From positions 24,488,557-24,552,556 of the forward strand of contig NC_068994.1 of the NCBI RefSeq assembly GCF_001194135.2: 64,000 bases of DNA, given 5' to 3'. Below are positions 23,877 through 35,130 of the stretch, one piece after another. A program made the translations under genes and the position numbers. The DNA comes from Octopus bimaculoides (Eukaryota). Below the pieces are notes generated by a model. The model had not been told where the DNA came from and did not search any database. It saw only the letters and a program-made list of their open reading frames with translations. Every line of letters begins with the position of its first letter. Positions within the stretch are counted from its first letter, which is position 1.

Positions 23877-26800
23877 CAGTGATTTTCAACCAGTGTGCCA
23901 CGGTATACAGGTGTGCTGTGAGATCTTCCTAAGTGTGCCGCGAAATTTTGAATGACACATTAAGAAAATGCGAAAAACCACGTGATCCCAATCAAGTATT
24001 CACAGTCTGTGGTATAACATGTTGCACCACATAGCTTTGTTCATTTAGAGATAAGTGAAATGTTTCCAAATGTCACAATACTAAAATTTCTATATCTTTT
24101 ATTGTTTCATTTGTCATTAGTATTGATCATATGAATGGATATTGGTTAATACTTGTCTTAAGTTGGGACACACCCCACACCCCCAAAAGAAAAAAATTTA
24201 TATCATGCATCTTTTTTCCACTTTTATGGTAGAATCTACCTCTAAAACTGAGACAAATGATATATTTCTTTTTCCTCTGGTCCTAATTTTTGCTGAGACA
24301 TGACCAAAAATGGTTGAAAAATAGCGTAATTTTCAGAATTCTTTTGAGAAAATCCAAATAAGCTATGAAGGTGGTTTTTACATTTTTTAGAATCTGATAA
24401 CCCGTCATTGTATAGTAACAAAAGCCTTTTTTTTTTTTTTTTTTGATATTTTGGGAAAAAAAAATTTATTGTCATTAGTGGATGGACAATAAAAAAAACT
24501 GAAAAAAATCACATTTTTTTTTTTTATAAAAATGACTAACATTTTTTCAAGGCAGAATTTTTTTTAAAGGCTTCTGTCATGATGAAGCTACTATTATGAG
24601 GAAGGTCTCCTCAAAATTTCAAGCAAATCTATTGAGTAGATTTTTTGGAAAGAGCTTTGAACTTTTGATAAGTACCCATTTTGAGAAAATTACCTGTACA
24701 GAATTGAAACACAAATGTCAGCTTCTACCTCTGTTTCAGAACAATCTGTGGATGATTCCAATGATTTAGCTCAGAATTCTCTGGTTCATGCTACTTAATA
24801 AGTCTATGTTAGCTTCCTTTTACTCATATTTTGTCTTGCTTCATCTCTATATGCCATAATTTCCTAATTTTTGGGTGGATTATCGCATTGGAAGAGTGAA
24901 TTTGGCCGCCATGTTTACATTGTGATGGTGGACTGTGTGGTCATGTGATGTACTGGACCAATCAGCGGGCACCATTTACCGAGTGTAGCTGCAAAGGAGG
25001 CTCAGTGTGCATTTGCTTGTTCAATATGGGCCAATTTTCAAGCTTTTTACACCAGTGAGTTCTAGTGTTTCATCACCTTATGCTAATGAGGGTATAGTAG
25101 AGGTCTATAGCTGTTTACTGGTGCATGGAACATAGCATAAATGGTGGATTTACGATGTGTTGTCAGTGTGCTAAGATTGACTATTTTTGTGTGTAATGCA
25201 TCGAAAATTGATGATTTCCAGCTAGACATGGTTTCATAAAACATCTGTTTTAGGTTGGAAGACATATTTTTATTGTTTTGCTGTGTTTGTGCATGAAAGA
25301 GAAAACTTTGTGGGACCAACAGACACTGTCATCTCAATATAGACAATCCTACCCAAAACTGTCATAGTGATATTTCATCACCCTTCACAATGGATAAATA
25401 TTTGAAAAGGAAAAATATTAATGATGAGTCCAGAGGCGAACAATCATCAACCTCTATTGTCAAAAAAGAGAAACATTAATCAACAATATTGTGAAAATTA
25501 TTTGAAATTTGGATTTTATTGGCCTGGTGATGTTGACATACAAATCCATCATGCATAGTGTGCAGTGAAACAATGTCAAAAGAATCCAATGTACCAAGTA
25601 AATTAGAAAGACATTTTAACTCAAAACATTTATCTCTGAAAGATAAAAAGCTTGATTACTTTCAAAGACTGTTAGAGCAGAAATCAAAATAGTGAAGTTA
25701 TTTTGAAAAAATAATGATCTTGTCTGAACTAGCCCAACTAGCATCAATTCAGGTGGCTGAAATAAAAGCATCAACATCTGAATCCCACATGCTTGCTGAG
25801 TCAGTCATCCTCCCAGCTTGCAAAAAGATGGTAAAATCCATGTTTGGTGAAAAAGCTGAAAAGGAATTGAACAATATTCCGCTTTCAAATGATACAATAC
25901 ATTGAAGAATTCTGTTGAAAAATATTGAAGACAATGTTCAGAAAAAGCTTAAGAATTCAAATTTTGCTTTAACCTTGAATGAATCCATTGACATCAGTAA
26001 TAATAGTCAATTGCTTGCATTTGTATGTTTTATTGATGAGAATGAAATAATCAATTTTTGTGCTGTAAAGAAATGTCCACAACTACAAGAGGTCAAGATA
26101 TTTTTGATTTGATAACAGGTTACCTCAAAGAAATGAATTTGTCTTGGAAGTCTTGTGTTGGCATTTGCACCAATGGAGCTCCCATACATGACAGGCTGTA
26201 TTACAGGATTTGTATCCTTCATAGAGAAAGAAAATCCAAATCTCATTCATACTTATCGCTTTCTATATAGAGAAGTTCTTGTTTCAAAAATATTGCAGGA
26301 AGATTTAAAGGTTTTGTTATATCAAGTTGTTGGAATGGTCAGTTATATAAAAAGTAGGCCATTGAAGTCATGATTATTTGAACAACTGTGCAAAGAGATG
26401 GACTGTCAGCATGTTAAGTTGTTAATGCACACTGAGGTTCACTGGCTGTCGAAAGGCAAAGTACTAAATCGTGTTCACGAACTTCACAAGGAATTACTAT
26501 CATTTTCTCTCAAGGAAAAGCAGGAGAAATTCTGTGAATACCTTAGTTGTGAATTTTGGATGTCTAAAATGGAATACCTAACAGAAATATTTAGTGAACT
26601 AAATAAAACAAACAGTAGAATGCAAGGTAAAAATGAAAATATTCTGACTTCAACTTGCCTTCAAAAAGAAAATTGTGATTTGGGAAAAAAAGAGCAATCA
26701 CTGGTAATTTTGATATGTTACCTTTATTGCATTCTACCTGCTTTAGAGAAATGATCCCTATTGTGTTTACTCATCTGACAGCCCTGGACGAAAGCATCAA

Positions 26801-27371
26801 CAATTACTTTCTGAAATTAAAGACAGAAAAGTATGGGATTAGAGATCCTTTCATTAATCATTCTTCCAACATAGAACTTGATTTACAGGAAGAAGAAGAA
26901 TTGGCCACCTTCTAGTGACCGAGGGTTAAAATTAAAACATTTGAGTCTGCCCATTGATTCATTTTGGATTTCAATTCAAGAGGAGTATCACATATTCTGT
27001 AAAAGAGCTTTCGCAATTTCATTACAATTTTCAACTTCTTACATATGTAAATTAGGCTTCTCAACATTAAACAACATCGAAAACAAGAAGCGCAAGAAAT
27101 TGCGTACAACAGAAGAAGAAATGAGGGTGTATCTGTCTCATATTCAACCAAGCATTGAGGAAATTATGAATAAAAGCCAGGCACAAATTTCTCACTAAAG
27201 AAGCCAGCTATTTAACTGATGAAATTTGAAACACTGCAATAAAGTAAGTTCATAGCTGTGTTTTTGAGTCATTCTGTGTGTCTCTGACTAGTCTGTGTCT
27301 ACAGTTATATGCTGTCTATGACTTGCAATGTTCTTATTTTGCAAAATTCAAATATTTTTCGTATATTTAGT
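23877..27371 (+). mobile_element. hAT (Buster-type) transposon inserted in the tandem array; right TIR deleted
   Basis: Left TIR CAGTGATTTTCAACC at 23877 is preceded by CTGTAAAC (the array unit has CTGTAGAC). The transposase remnant runs from ATG 25390 (MDKYLKR; BED finger CIVC...LERHFNSKH; PLSNDTI; HTEVHWLSKGKVL; FSTSYICKLGFS) to TAA 27198 with many frameshifts. It stops after subterminal GGTGTGCC, where the array resumes. Confidence 0.88.
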
Positions 27372-28460
27372 TAGGTGTGCCTTTATTTTCCCAGGGAAAT
27401 TTCCCTTCCTCGGTACAGGATAACAGTACCTGGCTAAGGATAACAGTTACTCGCTTTTGGTCACATCATATACATTTAAAGCGACACACAGTCACTAATC
27501 TTGTAAAGAGAAAAACAACTGGTATTAAATCTCTGAGCAAGAAATATGTAGTAACAGTACAGTAAAGTATATTTGCCAATGCAACATGGCACTCCTGCGC
27601 AGGATGATGTTCCTACTTTTTCGCCCCAGGAAAACGTCTTTTCCCTCTGGCTACCAACACATAATCTGTGTCTGTACACTGTGAGCAAAGGAGTCTACCG
27701 CTCCCTTTCTACCTGTAGTTTCTGGGTAATTTCCCTTCCTCAGTATAGGACAACCACCAGCTAGAAATAGCAGTCATTCACTCTTGTCAGTATATACTTT
27801 TAATGTGACAATTAGTTTTAAATCTCTGAGTGAGAAATATGCAGTAACAGTACCATACAGCAAAGTCAATTTGCCATTACAATGTCGCAGTCCTATACAG
27901 GACGATGTTACATTTTAGCCCCAGGAAAACATCTTTTCCACTGGCTACTGATACATGATCTATGTCCATATACTGTGCACATGGGCATCTACCGCTTCCT
28001 TTCTTTTTGTAGCAATACCTGTAGACCAATGGTTTTGGGGTAATTTCCCTTCCTCAGTACAGGACAAATGCCTGCTAGAGATAGCAGTCACTTGTTCTTG
28101 CTCAGTGACACACAGTCGCTGATCTTGTAATGAGTAAAACAACTAGTTTTAAATCTCTGAGCGAGAAATATGTAGTAACAGTACCATACAGTAAATTCTA
28201 TTTGCCATTGCAATGTGGCAGTCCTGCGCAGGACAATTTGGAAGTTGTCCCATACCAAAGAAGGAAAATTACCCAGAAGCCATTGGTCTACAGGTATCAC
28301 TACAGCTAGAAAGGGGATGGTAGCCTCCCTAGCTCACAGTGTATGGACATAGATTTTGTGTTGGTGCTGGCAAGAAAAGGTGTTTTCTTAGGGCTAAAAA
28401 GTAGTAATAACGTTCTGCATATGACTGTCATGTTGCGTTAGCAAATAGATTTTACTATAT
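27372..28460 (+). repeat. ~351-bp tandem repeat array, right block, ending in an inverted unit
   Basis: Unit starts near 27537, 27829 and 28161; 28235-28460 is the reverse complement of the unit (GGAAAATTACCCAGAAGCCATTGGTCTACAGGTATC...). Confidence 0.88.
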
Positions 28461-29814
28461 ATATGTACATGTATATTTATATATATATATATAATTATTA
28501 TGGAGTGGTTTTTGCGCTTCCACCCTTTTTCTGTAATTTTTTACTTTCTCTTGAAAATTTTTCAGGTTCGTGTCTTATACATTTGAAACGTTTTCAAAAA
28601 AAAATCTAAAAGCTGGAAAACTGGGATGGGGGATAGTAGGACAACAGTTATTTTTTCATTTTTATTTTTGTTTGTGATTGTGCATGTAAGAGGGGAGTGG
28701 AAACACCAAGTGCTGGATTATGGTATCCCCTGGGAGCAGGATTTTTGTGTTGTAATCCATGTTTTCTGCCACTGCTGTTGACTTAGATATTGATATTTTG
28801 TGGTGCTGTTGCTGTTGTCTCCACATTATTGCTGAAATGAGTTAATGCTATTGTTGATGTTGGTATGGATGTTGTTATTGTTTTTCCTCATTTACCCTTA
28901 CTGCTGTTGCTTATGCCTTACTTGTCACATGTCATTGTTATGGTGTCAGCAGCAGGATAGCCATTTCCACTCCCACTCCACCTTTTCTGTTTTCATTGTT
29001 TGGTAAGTAGGCTATCAGATGGTTGATTCTTCCACACAGTGGCATCTCAGCCTTCTACAGTTACTTGCAGCTCTGTCCCTTTCAGCAGAGAGATGAGACG
29101 TGGAATCTTTTCCAGATGTTCAGGATTTTTTGGAGAAAAACCTCTAGTATAGTCTCAAACTAGTTTTTCCTGCTTGTTCTCTTTCTGTCCAACAGGGTAT
29201 CATTTCCCTCCAACACTCTGCAAGTTAGGATCCACTAGAGACCCAGCTTTGGTAGGACATCCTGTATTGTTAACCTCATTGTCCTTTCCAAATAGGTAGG
29301 GAAGAGAACAGTCATCACTGTGGTGGGTAATTACTGAGTGTTGAATTGCCTTACATTGGACTTACTCCGTGCAGAACTGCCTTACCCTCGGTATATGTTG
29401 GATATATGTTGCTATACATTATGGAGGGCTGTTCCAATGTGTGTTTGTCGTTGTCTCCTTTTGAATGATACTGTGACGATATTTTACTGTCTTTCTAGCA
29501 GTTACAGCTTGAGTTTCAGGTTGGAGGTATAAGAGCTGTCCTTTTTCCTGCAATTATCTTAAATAAAGTGATGCCTTCAAGTTTGGTTCTCTTGTCCTCT
29601 AGGGAGAGACTATATGGCTCCTCCTGGAAAAATGACCTTGTTTCTTTTGCTGTTGGTATTATTGTTTTATTGTTGGTGATGTTATTGCTGTTGTTGTTGC
29701 TTCCATCACTGATGTCATTGTTGTCATTACCATTGTTGAAATTGTTGCTGCTGCTGCATTGTTTATCTGCCTCTTGCATGTCAAAATATGCATGTAGTGA
29801 CTATATGCACTTAT

Positions 29815-30105
29815 GTATTTATGCATGGTTACACTTATGTATATTCATAAGTGCAGTCATGTGGTTTTGGGTTCAGGCTCACTATGCAGCACATAGGGCA
29901 AGTGTCTTCTACTATAGTCCCAGCCTAACTAAGGCCTTGTGAGTGAATTCAGTGGTCAGAAAACTGTATAGAAGTCCATCATATATATGTACATGTGTTT
30001 TTAGTTGTCCCTTCACCACTTGACAACTAGTGTTGGTTTGTTTATATCCCCATAACTTAGTGGTTTGGCAAAAGAGACTAGTACGATAGGAACCAAACTT
30101 AAAAG
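29815..30105 (+). mobile_element. tRNA-derived SINE (family A), decayed
   Basis: GGCAAGTGTCTTCTACTATAG...AAGGCCTTGTGAGTG matches the 47016-47401 copy. Confidence 0.7.
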
Positions 30106-30635
30106 TATGTAACAGGAGCAAACTGAAACCTGATTGAGGAGAAGGAAAGTAGAAGATAGAGTAAATGAAATACCACTAAAAGGATAGTCGTTGCATGGTT
30201 TGCAAATTATTGGGAGAGTAATTTAGGCTTTTATATGTATTCTATAACATATAAATAATGTATTAACAATATAAAATAAATGGAACACTCAGGATACATC
30301 ATAGTAACAGAAATAATGGATCTGATTGAAATAGTTTAGTATTATGATGAGATAGTGAAAGATAGCAGAAAATTAGAACTTACATACCTTATAAGGTGAG
30401 TGACCAATAATATAAAGTAGATAAGGTTAAATATCATCACCATTCTTGTCTTAACATCACTTTTCCTTTCTGGTATGTATCAGACAAAAGTTATTGATGC
30501 AAATTTTCTTTGGCCCAATGCTCCTCCTGTCAAAAACCATCACCTGTCTATTTGTCTGAATGTCTGTCTATCTACCCAGCTATATGTTTGTCACACTTTC
30601 TCTCTCTGAATATTTGTCTCTATCTATCCATTTAG

Positions 30636-30922
30636 GCTGTACCAGAAAATCAGAAAGAGTAACTGGTGGACATTCATGTTTTTTTCAAGTGAAACTGTCC
30701 ATGTATTCTGCATCCATCGGAACATGGAGGGTAAAAGTACAAGGCAGTCACAATGGACCAGTAGACTCCTGGAAGAACTCAATCAACCATAAAGATGAAG
30801 TGGGTAACAGAAATCTGGATTTTTTTAATCTTGATGCTACTCATTCTGTTAACAGTTCTGGAAATGACTTGATAACTTCACAAACAGATGCTATCACAGA
30901 ATCTGTATACTTGAAATCTGAT
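30636..30922 (+). CDS. Coding exon 2 (aa 212-307); second half of the Cys/His domain
   Basis: Acceptor ...CTATCCATTTAG|GC (phase 1, matching exon 1); reads CTRKSERVTGGHSCFFQVKLSMYSASIGTWRVKVQGSHNGP; donor GAT|GTAAGT (phase 0). Confidence 0.85.
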
Positions 30923-31099
30923 GTAAGTTAATCAGAACTTTTTGCTTTTTATTTTAAGTAAATATAAACCATGAGAGCAGGAACCTGACATATTTATGTC
31001 TGGAATATCAGTAAATATATTTTATTCTATAGCTAAAAGTGTATGGTATAATAACAGCTAATATCTTGAATATATTTCACTACTTCATTTAATATGTTA

Positions 31100-31430
31100 A
31101 TCATCATCATCATTTAACATCCATTTTCCATGCTAGCATGGGTTGGATGGCTTGAAAGGAGCTGGCAGGCCAGGGATCACACCAGGTTTCATAGTCTGAT
31201 TTGGCTTGGTTTCTACAACTGGATGCCCTTTCTGATGCCAACCACTTTACAGAGTGTACTGGATGCTTTTTACATGGAACCATCACCAGTGTTTTTTATG
31301 CATCACTATCACCAGTGCTTTTTTTATGTGGCACCAGCACCAATGCTTTTTACATTGCACTTTGGTATTAGGATATCAATTCTGTTGTGGTGGACAGGTC
31401 TTCTTAAGTACAGCAATGCGCCACATATCT
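31100..31430 (-). mobile_element. RTE-X-like LINE 3' end
   Basis: CATCATCATCATTTAACATCC...CCATGCTAGCATGGGTTGG...GGATGCCCTTTCTGATGCCAACCAC. Confidence 0.75.
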
Positions 31431-31749
31431 TAATATAATAATAGTACAATCTGATTGATTAATTTATACTTCATCCATAAATGTGTTTGTGTATGTATGT
31501 ATATGCATATGTAATTGTGTATGCATACTCGTATTGAATTTAATAATTCTATCAGTTCATTTCCCATATATATTTTTTATTTCAGATCCCAAATTCTTTT
31601 CAGAGTAGGAAATCAGGAATTGCCTCCATTATTTTACCAAACTTAATGATGATGATGATGATGATGATAGTCAATTTTACATCTCATCTCCCCTCCTAAT
31701 TAGATGGATTCAGTATACAAATCAATAAGCTAACCTCTCATCACAACAC

Positions 31750-32600
31750 TGACACCAACTCTTCTTTCAGCAACTATACCACCACAATCACCTTTAGTTT
31801 ATCATCACATAGTCAATAAATCTTTAAATAACTAACATTGAAGTTTCTCTTACTAAACTTGCAATCATCTTGTGAGGGGTTTGACTTCTACTCCCACAGT
31901 GAAAAAAACCTATCTAAAAGTTCAAGTTACTCTGAATTCTAGTCAACAGTACTGATTGTGATCTTTGTTCAATGATATAATTTCTTTAGTGCTGTTGTTA
32001 CAATAAACCACCATAGCCTTTTTTCAGGAGTCACCTCATTTAATACCAGTACCTTGCTCTTGGGTGATTTTAGCTAAATTCACTCTGTTCTAAGCATTCA
32101 AAGCAGGCTTCCAATCAAAAGATAACATGGTCCATTGATGTGCCAATTCTCACAATAATTTTCCTTTACAAAAATGTCACTGTTTGTAAGAAACCTTGTT
32201 TACAAGATACAAGAGCTTAATCCCATGAGTAGATTGACTTGAAGGATTTCATTATCAACTATCACATAATCCTGTAAATTCTTCTCCATTAGTTTGTCTT
32301 CAGTACTACTTATTCTGTTTTCCTTGAATACTTTCAATTAGGTGTTTGCAAATCTTTTGAAATAGAAATGGTCCCCTAAAGTCATGACTTGTAAATGTGA
32401 ATCTAAAGTTTCATGTTGATCTGAATGTGCATTAGGCGCTCTTTCAGGATTTTCAAGAAACAGGATAAGGTCCTGCCTCTTAAACATCTGTTATTTTCCA
32501 ATACAAAATTTGCTTAAGTATTCTCAATTTTTTTCTCTTTTTGCCTGCTCTACAACTGACCCATCTAGACTATTTTGGTAAGGAGGATTTCATCCCAACT
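31750..32600 (-). mobile_element. Highly decayed RT fragment, possibly Penelope-like
   Basis: Minus-strand translation gives GTSMDH...LE...P...YWY, loosely like the PLE motif G.SMGS...LE...W.RY.DD; many stops. Confidence 0.28.
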
Positions 32601-33035
32601 CCTTCAGTTTACCATGCCATAAAAACCACAGTATATATCTAGTAAATAAGTCATTTTAATAAAGAATCTATTTATATACAAGTTAGAAAACAGTTGCTAT
32701 TTGCAATTTTATTGAAAAAAAAACTTCCATTCTCTGTCATATTTACATTTTTAAGTTGAAAGATGATGTTCCTGTTTAAAATAAGGATAATTTTAGTATT
32801 TTACATATCTTGTTTTTTAAAAAGGTATAGATTATTCACTTGAGTGCTCAAAAGACCATAATCCATTTCAGCATCCAAAATAAGAATGAGCAAATGCATT
32901 GTGTTCAAAATAATTGATGTGCACTAATGCTGAAAAAAGCACATGATAATTAATCTTGAATTTCTAAAACTGGGGCAATATTCTATTATTTGTTTTTACA
33001 ATATATTTTTTTCTTGCTATGAAAACTCATTTCAG

Positions 33036-33252
33036 TGTAAACCTGTAACTCAAGGTATATTGAATCACGACATTGATAGTGTTGTTAATAGTGTTGGCAA
33101 TGGTGATAACATGCAAAACTGCAAAACTGAAGTTCAGCATACCAATGATAGCAGCTATCAATCGACTTGTGATGGCAGCTGCCAATCAGAACTCAAGAAG
33201 TTACGCCAAGAGAATACATCTTTAAAATTAGAGATCCTACAGTTACGACATG
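33036..33252 (+). CDS. Coding exon 3 (aa 308-379); start of leucine-zipper-like coil
   Basis: Acceptor AACTCATTTCAG|TGT (phase 0); reads ...CQSELKKLRQENTSLKLEILQLRH; donor CATG|GTAAAA (phase 1). Confidence 0.8.
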
Positions 33253-33827
33253 GTAAAAAGAAAGACACTTTTACATTCTTATATTTTGTTAATTTATTCT
33301 TAAATATTTCTCATTTATTGAGGGAATTCTTGTTTAGCTACATTAGTTTTATTCTCATAAATACCCATTATTTGTATTTTTAGTTCACAAAGTGGAATAA
33401 GTTATTTTATTGAAAGAAGGAAGATATATCAGGGCCTTTCATTGTCACTTCTCTGCTGAGTGGGGCCTGCCCCAAATCTCAGTGACTTTTCTTCCTCACT
33501 GCAAAATAACTTATTCTGCTTCTGAATTTTCTGTATTTACTAATTGCCTAATCAAACCATTGCTAGTTTTCTCAAACTATATTGTATCTTTAACTTTAGC
33601 TGATATCTGAAATACAGATCTTTCTTTAATCTTTATTATACAAGCTTCATTCTCCTCTCTTAGGAAAATGATTTTAAGAATAAAATAATTTCATTTAGGA
33701 AAATAAAATAATGAATAAAATATTTACAGTGAGATATCAAATCTTATTCAACATCACTCTAAATCTTCTCAGAAAATTGAAACAAAAAAACAGTAACAAA
33801 ATGATTTTTTTTTTTCCCCCTATCTAG

Positions 33828-33942
33828 CAGCTGATGGATTTAAACTTTTGGAAGATCTGAAAGAATTGATTGAGAAGTATGAAACAAATGATAGTTTACC
33901 AACTACTCCCACATCACCTGCAATGTATTTGATGAAGGTGAA
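33828..33942 (+). CDS. Coding exon 4 (aa 380-417); NAGNAG acceptor (33828 or 33831)
   Basis: T11-CCCCC-TATCTAG|CAG|CT acceptor (phase 1); reads (A)ADGFKLLEDLKELIEKYETNDSLPTTPTSPAMYLMKV; donor GAA|GTAAGT (phase 2). This exon is missed by the ORF track. Confidence 0.8.
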
Positions 33943-34199
33943 GTAAGTTAAACAATGCACTTGGTTTGTGATTTGTTTTAATAGTCTTGGTTAACTCAGA
34001 AAATAATACATCTAACATAATACTTGGAATAAGTAATATCATATAGGGTATTGGTTAGTAGAAATGATAATGATAAATGGAAATGGTCCTACTTTATTAG
34101 AGTATAAAAAAATAATTACTCTTTTAATTTTCTTCATTAAAATGTCCAACAGATCATCAGTAGTGACAGGAACATAGTATTACAGTAACTGAATAAATA

Positions 34200-34445
34200 T
34201 ATGCACTTACATGCATGCATGCTTGCGTACATGCACACGCACATACAGAAGGAGACATAATGGTAGATGCAGCCAAGGTTGTATAATTGAGAAGTTTGTT
34301 TCTCAACCACATCGTTTTGGCTTTAGTCGTACTATGTGACACCTTTGACAAGTGTTTTCTACTATAGCCCAGGTTAATGAAAGCCTTATAAGGGGATTTG
34401 GTGGACAATACCTGAAAGCCTGTCATATATGTGTGTGTGTTTGTC
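34200..34445 (-). mobile_element. SINE family A, partial
   Basis: GACAAGTGTTTTCTACTATAGCCCAGG...AAAGCCTTATAAGGGGATTTGG, a match to the family body; the orientation call is approximate. Confidence 0.5.
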
Positions 34446-34694
34446 TCATTGTTTTGACTGATATTTGTAAATGAAATTTACTATCTTCAAACCAGTGTTG
34501 CTCATTCCCACTTTTCTGTGAAAACATGTCTAATAATAGCATGGAAATAGGTAAGGCTTCATAGAAAATCTGCCTAAACGATTTCCAGCTGACCCTTGCA
34601 ATCATGGAAATGTAGATATTAAAATGTTAATGGTCATCATCATTATGTGTGGTGAGCATGTGTATATATGCATGTACATATGTTTACATGTATA

Positions 34695-34840
34695 GGCACA
34701 GGCATGGTTGTGTGGTAAGAAGCTTGTTCCGGGTTCAATCACACTGCATGGCACTTTGGGCTACTGTATTCTATTATAGCCCTGGGCCAACCAAAGCCTT
34801 GTGAGTGGATTTAGTAGACAGAAACTGAAAGAAGCCCATC

Positions 34841-34886
<46 letters not shown>

Positions 34887-35130
34887 GTATGTGTGTGTGT
34901 GTGTGTGTATCTCTGTTTCTGTGTTTGTTCTCCCATCACTGCCTAACAACCAGCATTGGTGTGTTTACATCCCCAGTAACTTAGCAGTGCAGCAAAAGAG
35001 ACTGATAAAATAAGTTCTAGGTTTAAAAAAAAGTTAGTCCTGGGGTCGATTTGTTCAACTAAAACCTTTCAAGGCAGTGCTCCAGTATGGCCACAGTCAG
35101 ATGACTGAAACAATTAAAAGAATAAAAGAA
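34695..35130 (+). mobile_element. tRNA-derived SINE family A, near full length
   Basis: A-box-like TGGTTGTGTGG, B-box-like GGTTCAATCAC, conserved body, internal (TA)/(TG) tract and TAAAAGAA tail. Confidence 0.85.

Noticed and set aside
22391-28460. Tandem array as a CRISPR array or a repeated coding exon (the 351-bp unit is divisible by 3)
   Set aside because: There are no unique spacers. The longest frame has stops at the same positions in most units (TAG/TAA after TTF, TAA after SG), other unit lengths break frame, and there are no consistent splice sites.
28980-29340. Coding-like minus-strand stretch (possible LINE ORF1/gag remnant)
   Set aside because: Stops occur in all frames and there is no recognisable motif, so it cannot be classified without a search.
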